Assembly: GCF_000009045.1 (NCBI RefSeq)
Contig: NC_000964.3
Location: forward strand, 3,960,001-3,992,000
DNA from: Bacillus subtilis subsp. subtilis str. 168
GTDB taxonomy: Bacteria; Bacillota; Bacilli; Bacillales; Bacillaceae
DNA length: 32,000 nt
Direction: 5' to 3'
The position numbers were made by a program, and so were the translations under genes. Positions 17,808 to 25,350 of this stretch are shown here, piece by piece (within the stretch, counting starts at the first letter, position 1; each line of letters opens with the position of its first letter). Under the pieces are notes generated by a model that made no database searches, was not told the origin of the DNA, and saw only the letters and a list, made by a program, of their open reading frames with translations.

Positions 17808-19197
17808 GGTATACCTCCTGACTAAATGGATCTGTTGATACAGGCACATCATGATGATTATCATGCTCCGCACCTTTTTTAATCTCACGGATAAACAAGA
17901 AGACAAGCAGTGCACCAAGAATCATGTACATCACACCGAATGCGATGATTGAGAATAACAAGGAACCCGCTGTTACGTTAGGCGACACAGATTGAGCGGT
18001 TGTCATTAACCCCATAACCGTCCAAGGCTGACGTCCGATTTCTGTCATAATCCAGCCCGCGGAGTTTGCAAGAAACGGGAAGGAAATCAACGCGATCATG
18101 ATGCGCAAATACCATTTGCTGTTTTCAAGCTTTTTACGGCGGTTTAACCAAAGGCCGCCTAACGCAGCAAGAATCATGACAACACCTGCTCCTACCATGA
18201 TGCGGAAGCTCCAGAATGTCGTTTTCACTGGCGGAATGTAGTCGCCTTTTCCGTATATTTTTTCGTACTCAGCCTGAAGGGTTTTCATCCCTTTGACACT
18301 TCCGCTGAATTTCTGATAAGCCAAGTAGCTCAAGGCATAAGGAACTTTGATTTCATTTGAGCTTTTTTCATTTTTTGTATCGATCGTCGCAAAAGCGGTC
18401 CAAGCAGCAGGGTCACCGCTGTCTTCCCATAGGCCTTCACTGGCAGCCATTTTCATCGGCTGTGATTCCATCAAGTGCTCAGCCTGCATGTGTCCGCTAA
18501 GGCCGACGCCAAGACCGGCACAAAGACCGACGATCATTGCGAGTTTAAAAGATTGCTTAAAGAACGGCACTTCTTTTTTCTTCAGCAGTTTAAAAGCACT
18601 CACTCCGGCAATAAAGAAAGCTCCAGTGGCAAGCGCACCGAAAATAACGTGCGGGAATTCAACCCAAAGCTGAGGGTTTGTAATCAACGCGCCAAAATCA
18701 TTCATTTCCGCGCGGCCGTTTTTGATCGTAAAGCCGACCGGCTCCTGCATAAAGGAGTTTGCTGTTAAAATCCAGAAAGATGACATGATCGTTCCGAATG
18801 ATACGAGCCATATGCAGAGCGCGTGAATTTTCTTCGGCAGGCGGTCCCAGCCAAAAATCCATAATCCGATAAAAATAGATTCCATGAAAAACGCCAATAA
18901 TGCTTCAATCGCAAGCGGAGCGCCAAATACATCTCCGACAAAACGGGAGTAATCTGACCAGTTCAGTCCAAACTGGAATTCTTGCAAAATCCCCGTTACA
19001 ACACCGACTGCGAAATTTATTAAGAATAAGTGTCCCCAAAACTTTGCCATTTTGAGATACAGCTCATTTTTCTTTACAAGATAAAGAGTCTCCATCAACG
19101 CAACCATAAACACAAGCCCGATAGACATCGGCACAAACAAGAAGTGAAACAACGTTGTTGATGCAAATTGTATGCGGGCTAATACCAATTCACTCAT
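17791..19197 (-). CDS. cydA: Cytochrome bd ubiquinol/menaquinol oxidase subunit I (468 aa)
   Basis: The N-terminus is conserved for CydA (LARIQFASTTLFHFLFVPMSIGL) and a Q-loop region is present. I moved the start from 19239 to the ATG at 19197, preceded by SD GGAGGAG. Confidence 0.95.
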   Translation of the reverse strand: MSELVLARIQFASTTLFHFLFVPMSIGLVFMVALMETLYLVKKNELYLKMAKFWGHLFLINFAVGVVTGILQEFQFGLNWSDYSRFVGDVFGAPLAIEALLAFFMESIFIGLWIFGWDRLPKKIHALCIWLVSFGTIMSSFWILTANSFMQEPVGFTIKNGRAEMNDFGALITNPQLWVEFPHVIFGALATGAFFIAGVSAFKLLKKKEVPFFKQSFKLAMIVGLCAGLGVGLSGHMQAEHLMESQPMKMAASEGLWEDSGDPAAWTAFATIDTKNEKSSNEIKVPYALSYLAYQKFSGSVKGMKTLQAEYEKIYGKGDYIPPVKTTFWSFRIMVGAGVVMILAALGGLWLNRRKKLENSKWYLRIMIALISFPFLANSAGWIMTEIGRQPWTVMGLMTTAQSVSPNVTAGSLLFSIIAFGVMYMILGALLVFLFIREIKKGAEHDNHHDVPVSTDPFSQEVYHGISS

Positions 19198-19231
19198 GCT
19201 TTCTCCTCCATTTCCGGTTAAAACTGTTAAT

Positions 19232-19316
19232 TTGCTCACTACTTCACAAATAGAACCGAGACTTTGATCAGTAATTCACAAAATAGACGAAAAAAATATT
19301 GCTCAATATTTCACAA
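19232..19316 (-). promoter_or_regulatory. Three tandem Rex (NADH/NAD+-sensing repressor) operators in the cydA leader
   Basis: Read on the minus strand, the sites are TTGTGAAGTAGTGAGCAA (19249-19232), TTGTGAATTACTGATCAA (19281-19264) and TTGTGAAATATTGAGCAA (19316-19299). Each has a perfect TTGTGAA half-site, a 4-nt spacer and a degenerate second half. Start-to-start spacing is 32 and 35 bp. Confidence 0.7.
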
Positions 19317-19390
19317 ATGTGTCAAAAAGTCATCCAATATGATGCAAGATTGCCAGACTGACCAAATGACACAATCTCTGACTGGTTCAT

Positions 19391-19419
19391 ATTAAGTACT
19401 TTACAACGATTCATTTCAA
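19391..19419 (-). promoter_or_regulatory. Candidate sigma-A promoter of cydABCD
   Basis: The minus strand reads TTGAAA (19419-19414), a 17-nt spacer, then CTTAAT (19396-19391). This implies a leader of about 190 nt that contains the Rex sites. Confidence 0.45.
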
Positions 19420-19709
19420 AAATAAAGCCTAAAATACCTAAAAAGTCCCGCACTATGTGACGGATTTTTGTCTATTTTGTTGCTTATTTATGTCGGCTGC
19501 TAGGATAAATGACCCTTTATTATCGTACATCAACACATCGTTCCTTGCGAACAAAATGCTTGCCCCCGCCCCAGCACTCGAGTCTCAGCATTCCGTCTTA
19601 AACCGATTTTAGTCAGAATGCCTCTTTTCATTTGAACCGGTAAGAGGAGAAAAGTTGAATAGTAAATTTTTAATATATTAATAATTTCAATTTTTTAGTA
19701 TACTTAACA

Positions 19710-19727
19710 TAGTGAACAATTTCACTG
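19710..19727 (+). promoter_or_regulatory. Rex/Fnr-like palindromic box upstream of cimH (function unproven)
   Basis: TAGTGAACAATTTCACTG has a perfect core palindrome, GTGAA-N4-TTCAC. It lies 26 nt upstream of the cimH ATG and 6 nt downstream of a TATACT -10-like hexamer (19699-19704). Confidence 0.35.
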
Positions 19728-19752
19728 CATCAAGAATAGGGGAGGTTTTTCA

Positions 19753-21105
19753 ATGGGAGAGCTTCAAACACACATGCAATTGCAAACGGATACAATTCAC
19801 GAAGGGGTTCGAAAAGAGAATTGGTTTGCGAAAGCCATGAATATAAAAGTAGGCATCATACCGCTTCCTGTGTATGCCTTGCTGTTTATATTAATCACTG
19901 TTTTTGTTATGCATCACGATGTAAAAAGTGACATTTTGACATCCATTGCCGTCATGGCGTTTTTCGGGTTTACCTTTGCCCAAATCGGCAAATCGATACC
20001 GATTGTTCGTTCTATCGGCGGCCCGGCCATCCTAGCTACTTTTATTCCGTCCGCTGTCGTGTACTATCACCTGCTGCCTAATGATATCGTCAAATCCACC
20101 ACAGAATTTACAGAAAACTCAAACTTTCTATATTTGTTTATCGCCGGTATTGTCGTCGGAAGCATTCTCGGCATGAAAAGAGAAACACTCGTAAAAGCAT
20201 TCATGAAAATCTTTATTCCGCTTATTGTCGGTTCTGTCACAGCCGCTATTGTCGGACTGGCTGTCGGGACATTGCTCGGACTCGGATTTCAGCATACCCT
20301 GCTGTACATTGTCATTCCGATCATGGCTGGAGGAGTCGGAGAAGGCGCTATCCCGCTGTCCATCGGATATTCTGACATCATGCCCATTTCTCAAGGGGAA
20401 GCGTTTGCACTTGTTCTGCCATCGATTATGCTGGGCAGCTTGTGCGCGATTATTCTAGCGGGATTGCTGAACCGAATCGGAAAGAAAAAACCGGAATGGA
20501 CAGGCAACGGCAAAGTGGACCGCTCCGAAGAAGAGTCCCCTGCGCTGGAGGAATCTCAAAGCGGACAGCAAATGTTCAACCTTTCTTTATTTGCGTCAGG
20601 CGGTATCCTTGCTGTTTCTTTATACTTAGTCGGCATGCTCGCTCACGATTTTTTCGGTTTTCCGGCACCCGTTGCCATGCTGTTACTGGCTGTTCTAATC
20701 AAGCTGTTCAGATTGGTGCCTGCCTCAATTGAAAATGGCGCGTTTGGAGTGTCCCGCTTCTTTTCAACAGCTGTGACCTACCCGCTTCTCTTTGCGATTG
20801 GGGTATCCATGACGCCGTGGGACAAGCTTGTCGCCGCTTTTAACCTCAGCAATATTATCACGATTCTGTCTGTCGTTGTGACCATGATGGCCGTTGGCTT
20901 CTTCACTGGAAAATGGCTGAACATGTATCCGATTGAAACCGCCATTATTAATGCATGCCATTCTGGGCAAGGCGGCACGGGTGACGTTGCCATTTTAAGC
21001 GCCGCTGAAAGGCTTGAGCTAATGCCTTTCGCCCAGGTGTCTACCCGCATCGGGGGCGCGATTACAGTATCCTTAACCTTATTGCTGCTGCACCAGTTTT
21101 ATTGA
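19753..21105 (+). CDS. cimH: Citrate/malate:H+ symporter, 2-hydroxycarboxylate transporter family (450 aa)
   Basis: This is a polytopic ORF with 2-HCT family character, including the C-terminal GGTGDVAILSAAERLELMPFAQVSTRIGGA region. An SD GGGGAGG lies 7 nt before the ATG. Confidence 0.95.
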   Translation: MGELQTHMQLQTDTIHEGVRKENWFAKAMNIKVGIIPLPVYALLFILITVFVMHHDVKSDILTSIAVMAFFGFTFAQIGKSIPIVRSIGGPAILATFIPSAVVYYHLLPNDIVKSTTEFTENSNFLYLFIAGIVVGSILGMKRETLVKAFMKIFIPLIVGSVTAAIVGLAVGTLLGLGFQHTLLYIVIPIMAGGVGEGAIPLSIGYSDIMPISQGEAFALVLPSIMLGSLCAIILAGLLNRIGKKKPEWTGNGKVDRSEEESPALEESQSGQQMFNLSLFASGGILAVSLYLVGMLAHDFFGFPAPVAMLLLAVLIKLFRLVPASIENGAFGVSRFFSTAVTYPLLFAIGVSMTPWDKLVAAFNLSNIITILSVVVTMMAVGFFTGKWLNMYPIETAIINACHSGQGGTGDVAILSAAERLELMPFAQVSTRIGGAITVSLTLLLLHQFY

Positions 21106-21110
21106 TCCCC

Positions 21111-21150
21111 GCAAGCAAGTTCTTCGTCAAACGAAAGAGCTTGCTTTTTT
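21111..21150 (+). terminator. cimH intrinsic terminator
   Basis: GCAAGC (21111-21116) pairs with GCTTGC (21139-21144), with additional imperfect inner pairing. A T6 run follows (21145-21150). Confidence 0.7.
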
Positions 21151-21164
21151 GCATGTCCATGTTT

Positions 21165-21191
21165 TTGCAAGTTCCCATCCCATGCTATAGT
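21165..21191 (+). promoter_or_regulatory. Candidate extended -10 sigma-A promoter of yxkI
   Basis: TTGCAA (21165-21170) is followed by a short 15-nt spacer and then TGcTATAGT (21183-21191). The TGn extension could compensate for the short spacer. Confidence 0.4.
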
Positions 21192-21226
21192 AATAGTTGG
21201 AAATACTAGATAGAAAGGAATCTGGC

Positions 21227-22915
21227 ATGCCTATGGGAACTCATCTATTTCTCTTTATGCTTCTCGGGCTGGGATTTTATTTGATATCAGCCCTAGCTGC
21301 AAAACTCATTCCGGCCATAGACTTCTGGATTGATATTGTTCTATGGGTCGGCGCTGCGGCTTACATCTTCTCTCATCTCTCATTCATGGACGGCATTGTC
21401 TCACTCGCGACAATGTTCTACTGCTATTGGACCGCAATGGATCTCATTGTTTCAGAGCGTGTGGAAAAACCTTCGGGAGACTGGCAGGAAATCGAGCTTG
21501 CCAAAAACAAAACACGCCTCCTGTCAGACATTACGCTGACCGCCATTGTGTTTGCAGGGGCTGTCATTTTTTTCATCTATGGACCTGACACAAGCCCTCT
21601 CAAATATGTGATCCTTCTCGGAATGATCTCCGGCGGAGGGGCACTTGTGAAGCGAATACTGAATGTTTTTAGCGTAAAGGTTTTTTATTCAGCAGCCTTA
21701 GAAAAATTGCATATCAGCTCACACTATGAAACCCGTACATACCCGCTTTCCGATTTGAAGAACATTCAGCTTGAATCAACAGCAGATCTCTTAAAGCTCC
21801 ATCCGCTTCTGACGATGTATTCATCCCGTTTAGATTTGACAACAAGCTTTCAGCAAGTCATTAAACTGTCTCTTCCCGGCGAAACACTGTTTCTGACGGT
21901 GAAGGAACCGCAAAAATGGAAAACAATTCTTCAGGAATACACAGATGCAGAAAACAATGTGGACAATGTGATTTCTGTTTTGCCGTTTTATCATCGAAAA
22001 AATGTGAAGCGGCTGCTCGGTAAGCTTTATTTTGCCGCCAGCGTAAAAGGGGTATCCGCTTACGCCTTATTGGTGCTCGCGTTATACGCATTACACGCCT
22101 CTCCATGGGTCATGGCTGTTGCCGTAATCCTATATTGGGTATTCAACATGTATATGTCAGACCGTGTGTTGCGGGCGGCGATGGACGCCAAGTCTTGTCA
22201 TCATCCGCATGTACAGGCCGCGGCCGATAAGATTTTCAGATCGGCCGGCATTTCCCATGTCCGCATATACGAAACGGAGAGTGATGATTACAACGGAATG
22301 GCAGTAGGCATGAATGTCGGGAGGTCAATGGTCATCCTGACAAGCGCCACACTAACACTTCCACAGCGTGTCATTGAAGGCATTCTGGCCCATGAGGCGA
22401 TTCATATCAAAAAACGTGACGTTCTGTCATCACAGCTTTTGCGTTTTCTATATCTTGGAGCTGTCGTGGGGATTTTCCTCTTGTTTGAGCAGCATATCAC
22501 CCATCCCGAGGCCCACAAAATTGCGCTTTGGGCTTTCATTATGGCAATCATTATCCTATTCCAGCTCTATCAATCCTTTTGTTCACAATGGATGGAGGTG
22601 CGTGCTGACAACCTTGGCGCATCATTGCTGGACGGCGGTTACAAACAAATGGCTGAAGCCTTGAGAATCTTGGCGGTTCGGCAAGATGAGGATATACAGA
22701 AACAAAGTGCCTATAGCTCTGAAGCAGGTGAAGACGAGCTTCAAATTGATTCTCTCACCCGTGATAAAAGCTGGTTTTTCAGATTGATTGATTTTCAGTT
22801 CGCTCCTCATCCTCCTATGTATTGGCGTGTCGGCACTTTATTGTCAAACAAAGGACATGGGGTGCTAAAGCGCTGGCTCAGAGACCGACTGAAAGAATCG
22901 ATCACTTTGAAATGA
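21227..22915 (+). CDS. yxkI: Membrane zinc metalloprotease of the M48 (HtpX/Ste24-like) family with a long N-terminal multi-helix plus soluble-domain extension (562 aa)
   Basis: HEAIH (in [13 protein letters not shown]) is followed by two helices, then the third-ligand motif EVRAD and the C-terminal [10 protein letters not shown] motif, as in M48 peptidases. The first ~285 residues are five predicted helices plus a soluble segment of about 140 aa. I moved the start from the TTG at 21197 to the ATG at 21227 (SD GAAAGGAA, 6-7 nt spacing). Confidence 0.85.
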
Positions 22916-22972
22916 AACCGGTCAGCGTTTCATCCGTATAACAGATATGGTGAAAAAAGGGAGTGACGCGAA

Positions 22973-23173
22973 GTGATTGTGATCATCTTATTGTTTATAT
23001 CTATTATTGTTTTTCTTTCAGTCATTCAGCCGCAGCCCTCGAAAAACAAAAGCCGCCAGCAGGCGGACAGCGGGTATTTCGGTTATTCAGATCATAGCTC
23101 ACACCATGATGGATGCAGCAGTGACGGAGGTTTCAGCGATTCCGGCTGTGGCGGCGGAGGGGGCGGCGATTAA
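22973..23173 (+). CDS. yxzE: Small membrane-anchored protein with a Gly/Ser/Asp/His/Cys-rich tail (66 aa)
   Basis: GTG at 22973 lies 9 nt after SD AAAAGGGAG. The product reads (M)IVIILLFISIIVFLSVIQPQPSKNKSRQQADSGYFGYSDHSSHHDGCSSDGGFSDSGCGGGGGGD. There is no terminator between yxkI and this ORF. Confidence 0.6.
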   Translation: MIVIILLFISIIVFLSVIQPQPSKNKSRQQADSGYFGYSDHSSHHDGCSSDGGFSDSGCGGGGGGD

Positions 23174-23188
23174 ACGCCGCCTTTTTTT
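23162..23188 (+). terminator. Intrinsic terminator of yxkI-yxzE
   Basis: GGCGGCG (23162-23168) pairs with CGCCGCC (23175-23181). The loop ATTAAA contains the yxzE stop codon. A T7 run follows (23182-23188). Confidence 0.8.
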
Positions 23189-24026
23189 ATTTCATTGATT
23201 CGATGTACGCACCAAAAGCCGAGCCTGACATGCCTGGGGACACGCGCACACGATGGAGGGCATACATTCCCTGGTCTCTCGAAGCCGCGCCCGGTTCTGT
23301 CGTCACGCCCATTTGATAGCCTGTTTTTTCAGCGGCCTTCAGCGTCTCCTCATTGTAGCGCCCTACCGGATAGCTGATGATGGTGGTTTGCTGATGAAAC
23401 ATGTTGTCGAACAGCTTTTTCGAATCAGCCATCTCACTTTGCTGCTGTTGAGGCGTTAATCCGTTCAGCTCAAGGTGGTCAATCGTATGGCTTTCAATCG
23501 ATATGCCGTGCTGTGCCATTTCCTTCATTTGTTCCTCTGTCAGATGGTGCTTATGTCCGATCGATTTGCCGATCATAAAAATCGTTGCCTTCATCCCGTA
23601 CTTTTTCAGCACCGGATACGCATCTTGATAATTGTCGGTGTACCCGTCATCAAATGTGATCAGCACGCACTTCTCACTCGGTTTTTTATCCTGCGTCAGC
23701 ATGAGAGATGCCTCTTTCGGCGTTAATGTCTGATAGCCGTTATCATGAAGCCACTTCATATGCGCCTCGAATTCTTTCTTTGGCACACGGAGGCTGTTTC
23801 CTGAAGAAATGCTGTGGTACATCAAAATCGGCAGCTTTGCCGGTTTCTCTGTTTTGATCCATGCGGATGTATCGTCTTCTTTTTTCTGAACTTGTACTGC
23901 CTTTTTTTCCGGTTTCTTTTGTTCCGCTTTTGGCATCGGCTGCTCTGCATTCGCCTCTTGATCAGCACAAGCCGCAAGAGCCAAACAGCTGCCCAAAAGA
24001 AAGATGCTTAAAAACAATCGTTTCAT
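23187..24026 (-). CDS. yxkH: Lipoprotein polysaccharide deacetylase (NodB homology domain, 279 aa)
   Basis: The signal peptide has a lipobox (LLGSCLALAAC). NodB motifs TFDDGY and ESHTIDH are present. Confidence 0.9.
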   Translation of the reverse strand: MKRLFLSIFLLGSCLALAACADQEANAEQPMPKAEQKKPEKKAVQVQKKEDDTSAWIKTEKPAKLPILMYHSISSGNSLRVPKKEFEAHMKWLHDNGYQTLTPKEASLMLTQDKKPSEKCVLITFDDGYTDNYQDAYPVLKKYGMKATIFMIGKSIGHKHHLTEEQMKEMAQHGISIESHTIDHLELNGLTPQQQQSEMADSKKLFDNMFHQQTTIISYPVGRYNEETLKAAEKTGYQMGVTTEPGAASRDQGMYALHRVRVSPGMSGSAFGAYIESMK

Positions 24027-24093
24027 CGTTCTCCTGCTTTCTGTCTATTTCTTCCTCCTTTTTCATCGGTTTGATTCTGAGATTTTCAATAGC

Positions 24094-24128
24094 AAAAAAC
24101 CGGACATGTCTCCATGTCCGGTTTTTTT
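24094..24128. terminator. Bidirectional intrinsic terminator; terminates msmX on the minus strand
   Basis: An A6 run (24094-24099) precedes CCGGACATG (24100-24108), a TCTC loop and CATGTCCGG (24113-24121). A T7 run follows (24122-24128). Confidence 0.88.
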
Positions 24129-24132
24129 GATC

Positions 24133-25230
24133 TTATCGGATTCTCACTTCTGTCTCACTGTCAAAGAAATGGCCTTTATTCATATCAAATGCAACCGTCA
24201 GCTCATCGCCCGATTGAATATCGAGGCGGGCGTCGATCCGCGCAATAAAGTCTTGGTTGTCTATCTGCGAATAAATCATAATTTCAGAACCGAGCAGCTC
24301 TGCAACATTAATTTTCGCCTTAATCGAAGAGTTCTTATATGATTCCACGACAATCAATTCATCATGTATATCCTCAGGACGGATGCCGAAGATGACCTCT
24401 TTGCCGATGTAGCCTTTTTCACGCAGCACTTTCATTTTTCCTTCCGGGACGGTTAATGCCGCAGAACCGATTTTGATTAAGCCATCCGTGAGCTTTCCTT
24501 TGAAAAAATTCATCGCCGGTGATCCGATAAACCCGCCGACAAAGACGTTTTCAGGGAATTCATATACATCCTTCGGCGTCCCGATCTGCTGAATTTTCCC
24601 ATCTTTCATGACTACAATCCGTGTCGCCATTGTCAGCGCTTCTGTCTGGTCATGCGTCACATAAATCGTTGTAGTCTGCAATCTCTGGTGGAGCTTAATG
24701 ATTTCCGCCCGCATTTGCACCCTCAGCTTCGCGTCCAGGTTTGACAAAGGCTCATCCATCAGGAACACCTTTGCATCCCGCACGATTGCCCGGCCCAGCG
24801 CAACCCGCTGTCTCTGTCCGCCTGACAGCGCTTTCGGTTTACGGTGCAAATATTCCTCAAGCCCGAGAATTTTAGCGGCTTCTTCGACTCTTTTTTTGAT
24901 TTCAGGCTTCGGCATTTTCCGAAGCTTGAGCCCGAACGCGATATTATCGTAGACCGTCATATGCGGATAAAGCGCGTAGTTCTGAAATACCATCGCGATA
25001 TCCCTGTCCTTTGGCGCTACATCATTGACCCGTTTTCCTTCAATATAAAAATCACCTTTCGAAATTTCTTCAAGTCCTGCGACCATTCGCAGCGTCGTTG
25101 ATTTCCCGCAGCCGGACGGGCCGACGAATACGATAAATTCCTTATCGGCAATATGAAGGTTAAAGTCATCAACCGCCGGTTCCTTCTGATCATAAAATTT
25201 ATAAATGTGCTCCATCCGCAATTCAGCCAT
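24133..25230 (-). CDS. msmX: Multitask ABC sugar-importer ATPase (MalK/MsmK type, 365 aa)
   Basis: Walker A GPSGCGKST, signature LSGGQRQRVALGRA and Walker B FLMDEPLSNLD are present, with a C-terminal TOBE-like regulatory domain. An SD AAGGGGGA lies 6 nt before the ATG. Confidence 0.95.
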   Translation of the reverse strand: MAELRMEHIYKFYDQKEPAVDDFNLHIADKEFIVFVGPSGCGKSTTLRMVAGLEEISKGDFYIEGKRVNDVAPKDRDIAMVFQNYALYPHMTVYDNIAFGLKLRKMPKPEIKKRVEEAAKILGLEEYLHRKPKALSGGQRQRVALGRAIVRDAKVFLMDEPLSNLDAKLRVQMRAEIIKLHQRLQTTTIYVTHDQTEALTMATRIVVMKDGKIQQIGTPKDVYEFPENVFVGGFIGSPAMNFFKGKLTDGLIKIGSAALTVPEGKMKVLREKGYIGKEVIFGIRPEDIHDELIVVESYKNSSIKAKINVAELLGSEIMIYSQIDNQDFIARIDARLDIQSGDELTVAFDMNKGHFFDSETEVRIR

Positions 25231-25250
25231 CTAACATCCCCCTTTGTTAT

Positions 25251-25264
25251 TGTAAACGCTTTCT
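25251..25264 (-). promoter_or_regulatory. cre-like CcpA operator in the msmX upstream region
   Basis: The plus strand reads TGTAAACGCTTTCT. It matches TGWAANCGNTNWCA at 13 of 14 specified positions (last base T instead of A). It lies 21-34 nt upstream of the msmX ATG. Confidence 0.55.
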
Positions 25265-25350
25265 TATATTGAGTGTAACAGCAATTCCCTCTCGCTAAAA
25301 TGGGCAGCGTTCATAAAATCACCCAGCCATTTTTCGTGCATATTTCCAAT

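Noticed and set aside
18347-18768. Plus-strand ORFs of 97-108 aa antisense to cydA. Similar ORFs lie antisense to cydC/cydD (for example 14291-14650) and to yxlF/yxlG (for example 8355-8702).
   Set aside because: They are mirror-frame ORFs within well-supported genes and have no translation signals.
19655-19681. An 8-codon mini-ORF (TTG AAT AGT AAA TTT TTA ATA TAT TAA) 5 nt after a strong SD-like AAGAGGAG, upstream of cimH. It could be a leader peptide.
   Set aside because: The same bases can be read as promoter-like hexamers in an AT-rich region. The spacing is short, the start is a TTG, and no attenuator structure follows. The evidence is too weak to call.
19710-19727. Reading the cimH-proximal palindrome as a class II Fnr activator site.
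   Set aside because: An activator site centred near -41.5 would put the transcription start inside the cimH coding region, since the box centre is only about 34 nt from the ATG. Only a repressor-type role is geometrically plausible, and that is the role reported under findings.
22973-23173. Reading yxzE as a bacteriocin or lanthipeptide/RiPP precursor because of its Cys/Ser/Gly-rich C-terminus.
   Set aside because: The window contains no modification enzyme, dedicated exporter or immunity genes. The N-terminus is a hydrophobic membrane helix and not a leader peptide with a recognisable cleavage motif. The adjacent M48 protease is discussed separately as a hypothesis only.
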